Assembly: GCA_013265495.1 (NCBI GenBank)
Contig: MU058384.1
Coordinates: 867,622-931,621, forward strand
Direction of reading: 5' to 3'
Source: Vicugna vicugna
Taxonomy: Eukaryota
Length of the DNA stretch: 64,000 nucleotides
A program made the translations under genes and the position numbers. Below the pieces are notes generated by a model. It was not told where the DNA came from, made no database searches, and saw only the letters and a program-made list of their open reading frames with translations. Position 1 is the stretch's first letter. Each line of letters starts with the position of its first letter. Below, one piece after another: positions 25,571 through 36,763 of the stretch.

Positions 25571-27164
25571 CTTTGTTTTTTCTTTCACTTTTTTCTTTAA
25601 CAAGACATAATGAGAACTCTCCAGTAGCTCATCAGAGCATCTTAATCCTTCTATACAAAGGACTGTTAACAGCCACAAAATGTGTGGCCTTTCCAGAACT
25701 TTTTCTAAGACAAGGCAGTAATTGACAAAGTTCTGGTAAATCTTTCATTCACTGTAACTCATGACCATTTCTCTCCTTTGATGTCTATAACTCCCTTATG
25801 TAAAGAATATCAAGCCTCAGAACCCCTCTTGTTTCCAACTCCAATGTCACAAACATTCATCTGAAAACTTCCTTGAAGATACACTATTTTTGAAATGTTT
25901 TCGAGTGTGTATTCCATACCAAGGCAAATGGAGGATTATTCTTCCATTTTTATGTTCGAAGTTCTTTTTCCCTTTCTTTCTTTTGTTCTTCCTTCCTTCC
26001 TTTCTTTCTTTAGTGTAGAAAGGTACATTTTGTTTTGTCTTTCCTAAGCCTTTGGCCTTATAAATTGATTCTTAGTGAGTTTAGCACACAACAAACCTCA
26101 TTTATATTGTCTTTCTCTCGCTTGAAAGATCAAGCTTTTTGGTTTTTTTTTTTTATGAGAAAATAGATAAGATTTAAGAAAAAAATGTTACAGAATTCTC
26201 CAGATGACAAAACACGACATACAAATTCTTCTTTAAAATATATTTCTCCATGCTGGTTCCTAAGAAAATAAAATAATGCTTTTGATAACCTAAAAAATAA
26301 CCAGAATAGTTTTACCCTTTATTCTGTATACACTGGCTACTCTGGGAAGTGGTAGAAGCCAGGAAGCTGAAGTCCATGGCTAATTTGACGACTTACACCT
26401 TGCACAGGACCTGGCCATGAACCTGAGCCTGAACCTGAACCTGGCATCCTACATCCTTCACATCCTTCACTTATTCTGAACTCTTCTGTTCTCTATGATT
26501 CTTAAATTTACTATTTTCAAAATCCTAGTAACAAATACCTTCTCACTTCTTTTCCTTTTCCAGAAATTACTCTTTCATATGATCTGATGTAACCTTATTT
26601 CTTTTTTTTCCATTTTTAAAAAATTTCTAAATCTTTCCCATGAAAACATCAATTGTATCAAAAGAATATTCAGATAACATCAGATAAGTGGTAAGCTGTT
26701 AATGAGTATTTCATATAAACATGTCTGTGTTTGAGGTCTAACAGATCAGGTCACACACGCACAGTGCACACCAAAACACATATTGAAAATACCAATTGAT
26801 TTGAAATGAAATTTTTAAAAAAGCAAGCTGGAATGCTAGAAATGTAGTTACAAGACTTATTTGTCCATTTAGAGATCCCAAAGAAACCAAGTTTGAAACT
26901 TGATTCTGTAATTGGAAAAAAAGACTGACTTAGCTTTTACTTCTTTTGAAAAAACTGGCCTAACACCACCTAATTCCCTTATTGTTGGTAGATTTAATGC
27001 AATGTCAGTAAAAGTATGTTAAAACCTTTTAAGTTGTAAAACTTTATGCAATCGTGACATATTTTTTATTCCTCTTTTCAGGTAAAGAAAATAGTTTGTT
27101 ATAATAACATGTACTTTTCATATCTACACATCAAAGTTATTTTGGTAACTACTTTCTGCAGTCA

Positions 27165-27530
27165 TTATGAAAATTCCAAATATATTGAACTTTTTGAAAT
27201 ATCATAATGAAACTCCATGCAGTCATCATTCAATATCTACAATTATTAATTCTTGGTCAGTTTTCTGCCATCAGAAAATCCCAACTATTAGGGCATGGTA
27301 TCTGTAGATATTTTAGTAGGTGTTTCTAAGAGATAGGAAAACTTTTTATAAAGATTACCTTTAATCATTATCACATCTAAGTGGAATTAACAATAATTAA
27401 TATCACCAAATATAAATTAATGTTCAGTCTCCTCAGTTGTATCAATTTTCCTTAGAGTCTGTTTATTTGATCAGGTTCCAAGTAATGTCCCTACACAGCA
27501 ACAGATGGATAAATCTCTTAGTCTCATCTC
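27165..27530 (-). mobile_element. L1MC4/5-like 3' end
   Basis: ttatgaaaattccaaata...cattatcacatctaa...aattaacaataatt...tcaggttccaa... Confidence 0.5.
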
Positions 27531-27852
27531 CTCTTTAAATTCTCACTTGATCGTTTTTATTTCAAGATTTGTGTTATTGTTGAAAAAATGGTCACTTAAT
27601 CTATTTATATACTTTGAATTTATTTATTTCACATTTATTTATAATATTTTGCAGGAAGCTTTATTGGTTTTGCAAATGTTAGATACATAAAGAATGATTT
27701 TTGGGAAGAGTTTAATATGTTGCCTGACATATGGTAACATCTCCATAATCATAAACAACTCTTAATCCCTTATGACAATTATACGTGAATCTTGCTACTC
27801 TGATTCCAAAGGGAGATCCACAGATGACATCCTTGTCTGAAATAGTTCCAGT

Positions 27853-27997
27853 CTTGTGGATTGAATCATTTCCCCCCAAATGATATGTTGAAGTACTAAC
27901 CTTTGATATCTATTGATGTGACCTTATTTGGAAAGAGCAACTTTGAAGATATAATCAAGTCAACTTGAGGTCATACTCAATTAGGATGGTTCCTAAT
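27853..27997 (+). mobile_element. MLT1 (A-C-like) LTR 5' fragment
   Basis: ggattgaat...ccccaaatgatatgttgaagtactaacc...tgtgaccttatttggaaa...gaggtcatact...attagg. Confidence 0.7.
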
Positions 27998-28124
27998 GAG
28001 ATTCTGAAATTTCTATCCAAGAATAAAGTTTAAAATTGGAAGTATTTTTCTATTGGTGTGGGAAAGAATATAATACAGAGTTTGGTGAAGTTTTAGAAAA
28101 TCCCTTTATTCTTCTAGTCTGATT

Positions 28125-28475
28125 AATGAGTTAAGAATAATAGACTAAAAATAAGTGGAACTTTTCTTCTTTTCTCATGAAGAAGTCTGAAGGTAAGCAA
28201 ACTAAAGCTGATAAAAGGCATCAACAGCCTTCAGAGAGCCAGGCTACTTCTGTCCTCCTCTTTTATGTTCTAACTTGTGGTTATACCTTCTTATCACTGC
28301 ATGGGCCATAATGACTACAGCATCAGCCATTACACTACAAGTTCAAACTTAAAGAAGAAAGAAACGTAGAATGGTAAAAAAGAAATACTTTCCACCTGAG
28401 TTACCAGTTATAAGGGCTTGCATTTTCAAATACATCTAATTGGTCGTAATTTCATCACTTGGTTACATCTAGCTA
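28125..28475 (-). mobile_element. Old MLT1 (K/L-like) LTR fragment
   Basis: agaagtctgaaggtaagc...agccaggctacttctgtc...atgactacagcatcagccattacac...attggtc...tcacttggttacatctagct. Confidence 0.4.
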
Positions 28476-28994
28476 AACACTCATAAAACATGGAGAAAAG
28501 CATCCTGAACGTCTTATTGATTTAGTATCACACAGACTGAAACTTATTTCTGAAGATAAATGTTTATAATTAAATTGAATTACTCCATATGTTGTTTAAA
28601 ATCTGGTAATCACAAGAACATTCAAAACTTTTCTAACACCAACTGGGTGAATTTGACTACATCAATTCTTTTTTCATGTATTACCTGAACTATCCATACT
28701 CCTCTCCTCAGCTACCTTTTGGATTAGCTTGAACATGATTGTTTAGCATTCTTATAAATATCCTTCTTGTTTCTCTCCCCATTCCAACCTCCCCTTTCCC
28801 ACCACTCCTACCTCTCCTACATCTTTCTCTCCTCTCTCTCCCTCGGCTCACTGAAGATTTATTATTTCTTGCCTAAGATCTGGATTACTTTGGTTCATAA
28901 TGGGAATTCAATAAATATTTGCTTAGTTAATGAGTTAACCATTTTAAAGGAAATCTAAAGATGCCTACACTCAAAAGGGAATATATATTTTATA

Positions 28995-29312
28995 CAGTCA
29001 TCCCACAGTATCCAAAGAGAATTGGTTCCAGCAGTAGCAAAATCCTCGGAAGCTTAAGTCTCATTTAAAATGTCTAGTATTTACATATAATCTACATACG
29101 TCCTCCCTACTTTAAAGCATCTCTCATTTCCTTATAATACCTAACACAATGTAAATGCTATTAAATAGTTGTCAGTGTACTGCAAATTCAAGTTTCACCT
29201 TTTGAAATTTTATGGATCTTTTTCTAATATGGAATATTAGAACATGGGGACATCAGCAGCTGGTTGACTCTGTGGTTGGTTGAATCCGCCCATGGATACA
29301 AAGTGCCAACTG
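28995..29312. mobile_element. MER2/MER2B (Tigger-derived MITE)
   Basis: TA|cagtcatcccacagtatcc...attggttccag...cttataatacctaacacaatgtaaatgcta...ggttggttgaatcc...atggatac...ccaactg|TA: terminal inverted repeats with TA TSD. Confidence 0.85.
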
Positions 29313-30643
29313 TATTTCCACCTACAAAAATTTTGATATTATAGACACAGTAATTTTTTCTGGTGACATACTTAACATACTTAGAATCAAATTCCCTAAA
29401 ATGAAGCTTTATTTTTGCTCATTTGACTGTAAAGCAAAAGTAGACTTAATTGCTCTACTCTTAAAGCAGAACACTATAAATCTCAGCTAGGTCGTCCCTG
29501 AAGGGTTACACACAATCTCTTCACAATGAAAATGTCTACAATTAAATAGGGACTTCCTTCACCAAAACTTAAGGTAATTATAAAAGTGAATGTAAAATAC
29601 AAAATAGAATAGTACTTTATAAACCCACATATTAAATATAAATGGAAAAAGGGAGGTTCTCCTCACTCCCTTGTGAATTTATCTCTAAGTCTTGTGCAAA
29701 TCAGTTCAACAAGTTGAGAAGATTTCATCAAGCTATTATGCTATTTTCTTCACTAATCTAGAAAGTATTGTTAGTTCTAATTGTCGTCAGTGTCCCAAAA
29801 AGAGAATCGTCATTCTAAAAATATCAGCTAATATTACAGCACAGTAAGGTTTGATTGTTTAACTCTTTGGTCTATGTAACTAATATACTGAATAATAGAA
29901 ATAGGTTTTTATGTGAAATTAAAAACACTTGAAGTATGTGGATTGGATAGTATATTCTCATGGGACTACTAAAATTTATATAAATAGGATGTAAATCAGA
30001 AATCCATTTAGGCCTAGAACTGTTACTCTTAGGGATGGCAACCAAATTGTATTGTTAACAATCCCACGTCCAAACATTAGGTAGGGACGGGGCTTTCTCA
30101 TTGCATAAGATGACTGTAAGGATAATCTAAGCCAGTTTGCAGGATTTTGCCCTGACTCAAGCGCAACATTTTGTGTGAGGTGTTGTCAGAGCACAGGCAA
30201 CTACAGACAGCTGGATTATATAAAATTAAAGAACAGGATACAGATTCATTTGCAGAATGAATGTAGTTAATATGTGATTAGTAAATGATTATGCCTGTGG
30301 TAGAAATTAAGTCTGAGAGTTGCTTTCACTGGTAGTGAGATGATCTTAGGGGGTGTAGCTAACCCTTACCCCACCTTAGTGGGTATTATAACCTACTAGT
30401 AAACAATCAAACACTTAAATATTGTTCACGATCAAATTTCCTTGAGTTAGTTAGCAGTATCAGCACCCTTTTCTCTAAACTGTATAATCTTAAAATGTAG
30501 CTTTTATATTTTTTTGATCTATGGTTCCAGGAAACTTGGATCTTATCTAGACATGTCAAAAAACCTATAAGCACATCAAGAACATAATTTTTCATTTGTT
30601 TATAGTTAGTATTATGGAAAAATTATTTTCTTTGATACATATA

Positions 30644-31107
30644 CTGACAGATCTTGTTTTATTGTGCTCCGCTTCATTGTATTTTACAGGTACTGTGTTT
30701 TTTTTCTTTTACAAATTGAACCTTTGTGGTAATTCTGCATTGAGTAAATCTCTTGGTGCTATTTTTGCAACAGCATTGGCTCACTACATGTTTCTATGTC
30801 ACATTTTGGTAATTCTCATAATATTTCAAACATTTTAAAATAATTATTATGTTATGATGATATTTGATCAGTGGTCTTTGATGTTACTATTTTAATTATT
30901 TTGGCATTATTTAGCAATAAGATATTTTTAAAAAGGTGTGTACATTGTTTTTTAGACATAATGCTATTGCACACTTACTAGACTACGATGTAGTGTAAAC
31001 ATAACTTTTATATGCACTGGGAAACAAAAAATTAGTGACTCATTTTATTGCAATATTTGCTTATGATGGTCTGAAACTGAACCTAAAATATCTCGGAGGT
31101 ATGCCTG
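30644..31107 (+). mobile_element. Tigger1 internal-deletion derivative (Tigger1a-like, 464 bp)
   Basis: Tigger1 left end (gttttattgtgctccgcttcattg...tgtcacattttggtaattctc) fused to right end (tagacataatgctattgcacactta...atatctcggaggtatgcctg), flanked by TA; no transposase. Confidence 0.9.
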
Positions 31108-31699
31108 TATGTGATATTCATTGAAATCCAACCTTCTCATTTGAAGAATGAATAGGCCAATATTTCAACATGATAAGGAGAACCACAAATTAAGCTTCCT
31201 TCTCAACTCCGGTATACGCCACAGTTGAAGAACAAATTTGGATAGAATTACTCAACCTCATCAGAAGTTGTTGTGGATTAAGCTCAAGTACAGAGCAAAT
31301 GTGAAATGGTGAGTAAGCCTTCTGAAACAAAGCCATCCCTCTGTTCAAATATGTTCAGATATAAAGTCCAACTTGTTCACTTTTATTTCTATAGCACAAT
31401 TTGATGGAAATGAGTCATTCCATTCACTGTGATATCATGAAAGTTTAAAAAAGGCTCAACAATTTTGATGTCACCCTTTATTTAAGTCCTAGATTTTCTT
31501 TATGTGCTTTCTGCCCACTAACATTACTCACCAAGCCTTAGCGTAAGGGAAAAATGATGAAATTTTGAAAGAAACTAATAATGGCTTTTGGAAAAAAATA
31601 ATTTCATCTGGAAAATAAAAGTAATAGGTAAAATTTTCAATATTTCATAGATTTTTTTTTAAAGGGCAGATTTACCAGCAAATAGAAAGAACAGACTCT

Positions 31700-32295
31700 C
31701 ATTCACATTCAGCAAATACATACCGTGTGCCTGGAACTGTGTCTAGGGTCTGGAAAAGAATACAATGACTTTCTACTACTTCTGATATTGTGACTAATAT
31801 GTATAAATAAACAGATAATATCAATAAGTGATGATTGATGAATCTCTGGGTTCTACAGAAACATATGGTGGAGGAGATAATGCATCCTGCAGGGGTCAAG
31901 GAAGGGTATTTAGAAAAAGTAACTTCTACATGGAATCATAATGGTAGAAAAGGAGTTAGCCAGTTAAGGTGGTGTAATGACTGGGGGAAGATGGATTAAT
32001 CTGACAGAGAGTAGTACATTTGTAAAAATTCAAGGGAAAGAAGGAACAGAGCTCATTCTAAGAACTAAAATAAGGTCGGTATGACAGGTGTGTGACGCAT
32101 AATGAGAGAAATGGAAAGAGAGCGCACTGGACAGTTAAGCAGATCCTGAGCCTGTTTAGGGCCTTAAAAATCATGTTAAGAAGGTTTGCCTTTGTTCTTA
32201 GAGCATCGAGAAATGGTTTAAGATTAGAAACAAGTGTTGATATAAGTATATACTTTTATTTATAAACTTCACCCTGGAAGCACATAGGAAATGGA
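31700..32295 (-). mobile_element. L2 fragment
   Basis: cattcagcaaatac...tgtgcctggaactgtgtctagg...gggtcaaggaagg...gggccttaaaaatcatgttaagaaggtttg. Confidence 0.65.
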
Positions 32296-32589
32296 ACAGT
32301 ATGTGATTAATAGCATCATAGAGAAGTATATACATAAATCATAATATTGCTATAATTTTTTAATTTTTTCTGAGACAAAGGCTAAGGCAATTTTCTGAAA
32401 GTCGTAGTTTATCTCTGTTGCCTTTTATTTCTTTTCAAAGTGTTGTACTGTTTGAATATCTTTATCTTATAAGTGAAATACTCTTTCAAGTTCATGTAAG
32501 TGGCTTTTTAACTAGTTGGTTAATATTTAATGTGAATTTCCATTGTTAGTACTTTAGGTTATAACAAATATCAAGTAATTAAAAAGTTA

Positions 32590-33753
32590 TTGGACTTCTC
32601 CTCTGATTTAGGATGTAGAAAGAAGCAAGAGAACACCCATGACGATGGAAGCGATAGTCCACTAAACATAATCTATTTTAAACCCTTCAGGGAGCTGAGG
32701 TCGTAAGACCACCATGATAATCGAATTCCAAATAGTGACAAGTTTCTCCAAAGATGAATGACATATGCTATCTCTTGTACTTTGGGCAGACATGGAAAAG
32801 AAAACAAAATAGCCTTCATAAAAATAGGGAAAAATAAAGTCAGCTAAAATTATAGCTGAATCTTAAAGGCTGAATGTGGGCTCATATATTAGCTTAGAAT
32901 AATTGGGCGCCCTGTACAAAAAGAGGTTTTGTAGGCACATTTGAACTTCTTTCAATGGCTTTCTTCTGCATGTTGATGAGAAAGATCTGAGGCAGGACTT
33001 GAGACTGGAAGGAGTCCCATTAGAGGCATAGGTATGAAGAAAGTGACTGGCTACCGGTGGGGTCCAGGTATAATACATTACCCGTATGTTGGACCCTTTG
33101 ACGTGTAAAGCAAGCTCTTCAAACCACACAGTGAGAGGTAACAAAACAAGAAAGACATACCACTTCTGGAGGAGAGGTGGAAACAAAATCTATCTGCCCT
33201 GGGGATGACTAGGAAGGACTCTGGATCACATTATTCTTCCCCAGTGCAAAGCAGAGGTCTGCTATCGCTGGGGAATCATAAAACAACTCTATCTTTTACA
33301 AAACCCACCAGACATAGAACTGGTGTTTGGATGCCATAGTGGGAAAAGACAGCAATGCCAAGAAAGCTCAGAATAAAGCTGGGAAAGGATAACTGCCCCT
33401 GTCATGACCCCAGTAATTCATAACAGGCAACAGCAGGCTACCGATACATAAGGTCAGAATGTGCAGAAAGACCCTGTCTGTGGCACATAGGTGGAGAAAC
33501 TGCTGAAAGCTGATATTGGACTGTGAACACTAAGAGAAACCTAGTCAGAAGGAGTTGGAAGCCTATAGTGCACCAAAGGCAAAAACTGCCACCATAAATC
33601 CTAAACCTATCTAAACCACGTATTAAATTGCCAGCTCCCCACGCTAGTGCTGTGCAGAAGAGCAGGCATGCCCGTTATTGGATATAATTACTCTTGAACT
33701 CAGTTTCTATTGTCCTTCTACACTTCACATCTAGCATGCAATAAAGTTGTGAA

Positions 33754-33784
<31 letters not shown>

Positions 33785-34800
33785 AGCTTTAATCAAGAAA
33801 TAGAGTGATCCATAGAAACAGATTCAGAGAGCACCCAAATATAGTATCTAGTAGACCAAGTCTTAAAAATAATCATGATTAGCAAGTTAAAGGTTTTAAT
33901 GGAAAAAGAACAAACATGTATAAGCAGAGTTAGAATAGTGACAGTAATAGAAACTACCAAAAAAAGTCAAATGGAAAAGCTAGAAGTAAAAAGACATGTT
34001 ATCAGAGATTATGAATATCTCTGATGGATCCTCAGCAGACTAGACACAGCTGAGGAAATAATCAGTGAATGGACTTGAAGATAGGCTAATAAAAAGTATA
34101 CAATATGAAATACAAAGTGAAAAACAATTCGTGAAAAAAAGAGAGCACAGGATACTCAAAAACTGGCATTATCAAACTATTAAGTCCCTAAGAGAAGAGA
34201 GAAAGAAATTGGGGAAGAAGAAATATTTGAACAGATAGGGATCAAATATTTTCCAAAATTAATATGTGCTTTGCAGCCATGGATTAATATTAATTAATGT
34301 AGCTCATAGAATGACATGCAAGATAAATACAAAAAGAAAAAAAAGAAGGAAAGAAAAAAAGGACAAATAAAAGAAAGTCACTTAGACATAACAACAAAGT
34401 GATAACCAGAGATAAAGTCTTAAAGGCAATCAAAAAAATAATAAAAAACAGCAGAATTCTCATCAGAAATGATGCCATCCAGAAAACAATAGAGCAATAT
34501 TTTTAAAATTGTAAATAAATAAATAAATGGCCAACTGATAATTCTATACCCAGTAATAAAATCTTTCAAATAATAAATGTTTAAATGTGAAGTATTTTTT
34601 TCAGATATTTTAAAAAAGCAGTGGGAATTAATTGCCAGCAGACTTATGGTATAGGCCCTGTTGAAGTTGGATATTCAAGAACAGGGAATATAAGATCAAA
34701 TGGAAATTTGTATCTGTAAAAATGAATAAAAAGCACTAGAAATAGCAAACATAAGAAAAACATACTTTTTTTCCCTTATTTTAAATCACTTCAAAATGTA
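32590..34800 (+). mobile_element. Old L1 5' UTR plus degenerate ORF1
   Basis: ggacttctcct...ggatgtagaaag 5' terminus; ORF1-like text cagcagactagacacagctgaggaaataatcagtgaa...gaagaaatatttgaa...ttttccaaaatt...attctatacccag. Confidence 0.7.
33756..33784. repeat. (AC)14 microsatellite
   Basis: Perfect dinucleotide run inside the L1. Confidence 0.97.
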
Positions 34801-34810
34801 ATTAATGGTC

Positions 34811-35385
34811 TCTATTAGTTTTCTAGCAGTGTCATAACAAATGATCACAAACTGAGTGACTTAAAAAAATCAGAAATTTGTTCTTTCACACTTCTGCAGG
34901 CAACAAGTCCGAAAGAGAAGTTCAGGCAGGGCTATCACTTCTCTGAAAGCTCTAGAGAAGGACCTTTCCTTGATTCTTTTATATTCTCTTGATTCTTTTA
35001 TATTCTGATGGCAGCTGGCAATCCTTGGGGTTCCTTGTATGTATACACATCACTCCAACCACTACCTCCTTCTTCACATGGACTTCTCTCCTGTGTGTCT
35101 CTGTCCAGGTTTCCCTGTTCTTAGTCATTTGATTAGGGCCCACTCTAATCCAGTATATACTCAGCTTGATTACAAAGACCCTATTTCCAAATAAGGTTAC
35201 ATCCCCAGGTTCTGCATATTAATAGTTTGATGTATCTTTCTGGGGGACACAGTTCAACCCACAGTTTAACAGCCCACCTCTGTCCCCCAATATTGATGTA
35301 CTTCCCACATGCAAAATACATTCACCCCATCTCATATCCCCTAAAGTGTTAACTCCATTCCCACTATAAATTTTAGTCCAAAATT
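34811..35385 (-). mobile_element. MLT1C-like LTR plus about 120 bp of MaLR internal sequence
   Basis: tattagttttct...cataacaaat...gaccctatttccaaataaggtt...gggggacacagttcaaccca, followed by cccacatgcaaaatacattcaccccatc (MLT-int end). Confidence 0.85.
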
Positions 35386-36358
35386 TGACTTCATCAAAAT
35401 TAAAATATTCTCCTTTTGAAGAATACTGTAAAGCAGCAAAAAATAGTTATGACTTAGAAATATATTCACAAAGGTATACATGATAAATGATTTAGTAGAG
35501 AAAGCAAAAAAAAAGTCTTACAACTAAATAATAAGAGGACAAACAGCACAGTAAAAAAAAAGAGTGAAAGATTTGCAACGACATTTCACGAAGGAGGAAA
35601 TACAGATGACAAATAAGCACATAAAAGAATGTCCACCATTATTAGTCATGGAGGAAATTTAAATTTGAGACATAGTAAGACACCAGAACAAACCTACTAA
35701 TGTGGCTAAAATTATCAAATAAACAAATAAACAAAACATGGACTCTATAAATTGCTGGTGAGGATGCAAACAATTAGTACATTCATATTTGCTGGTGAGT
35801 ATGCCAAGCGGCACACCCATTTTGGAAAACAGAGTGGTAGGTTCTTATAAAATTATGTGTACACTTTCCATATAACTGAGAGACCTGATCCAAAAGGATC
35901 AATAAAAAGCAATATTTCCACATAAATGCTTATATACAAATGTTTAGAAAGCTTGATTTAGAATAGCTAAAAACCTGGAAACTATCCAAATTTTCCACTA
36001 ATAAACAAAGGAATAAACAAATTGTGGTGCATCCACACAATAGAATACTGACCAGCAGTAGAAAGAAATGATCTACTCTTTCGTGCAACCATATGGATGA
36101 CTCCCGAAAACGTTATGCTTAGGGAAAGAAGCCAGATACAAATGGCTGTGTACGTATAATTTTATTTTCATGACAAAAATATAGGACAGAAAACAAATCA
36201 CTGGTTGCCAGGCACTGGCATTATGGGAAGGGTTGACAACCAAAAATGTCACAAAAATATTTTGGAGTGATGAAACAACTTTGTATCTTGATTCTGGTGG
36301 TGATTACATTTGCATATATGGAAAATATTTCATTTTACTTAAATTTTACCTCAGTAAA
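35381..36358 (+). mobile_element. L1 ORF2 C-terminus plus 3' UTR (L1MB/MC/ME-like)
   Basis: gacttcatcaaaattaaaa...aaataagcacataaaaga...tgctggtgag...ttttggaaaacag...aaacaaattgtggt...gaaagaagccagatac...tggttgccagg. Confidence 0.85.
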
Positions 36359-36359
36359 T

Positions 36360-36763
36360 TGGCTGTGAGTTACATTGTGTCCCCTGGAAATTCAAATGTA
36401 GAAGTCCTAATCCCTAGTATCTCATAATGTGACCTTATTTGGAGATAAGGTTTTTACAGAGCAACCAAGTTAAAATGAAGTCATTAGGATGAACTCTCAT
36501 CTACTATCACTGGCGTTCTTATTAGAAAGGGGACATTTGTATACAAAGACACACCTAAAGGGAAGATGATGTGAAGAGACATAAGGAGGAGATGATCATT
36601 TATAAGCCAAGAGAGAGGACTAGAACAGATCCTTCCCTCACAACCCTCAGAAGGAACCAACCCTGCCAACACCGTAATTTTGCACTTTGAGTCTCCAGAA
36701 CTGTGAGACAATATATTTTTGTTGTATAAGTGCTTTGTGATGGCGTTCAAGCACACTAATACA
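36360..36763 (+). mobile_element. MLT1B-like solo LTR
   Basis: ttgtgtcccc...aattcaaatgtagaagtcctaa...tgtgaccttatttggagataagg...ctcagaaggaaccaaccctgccaacacc...ctaataca. Confidence 0.85.
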
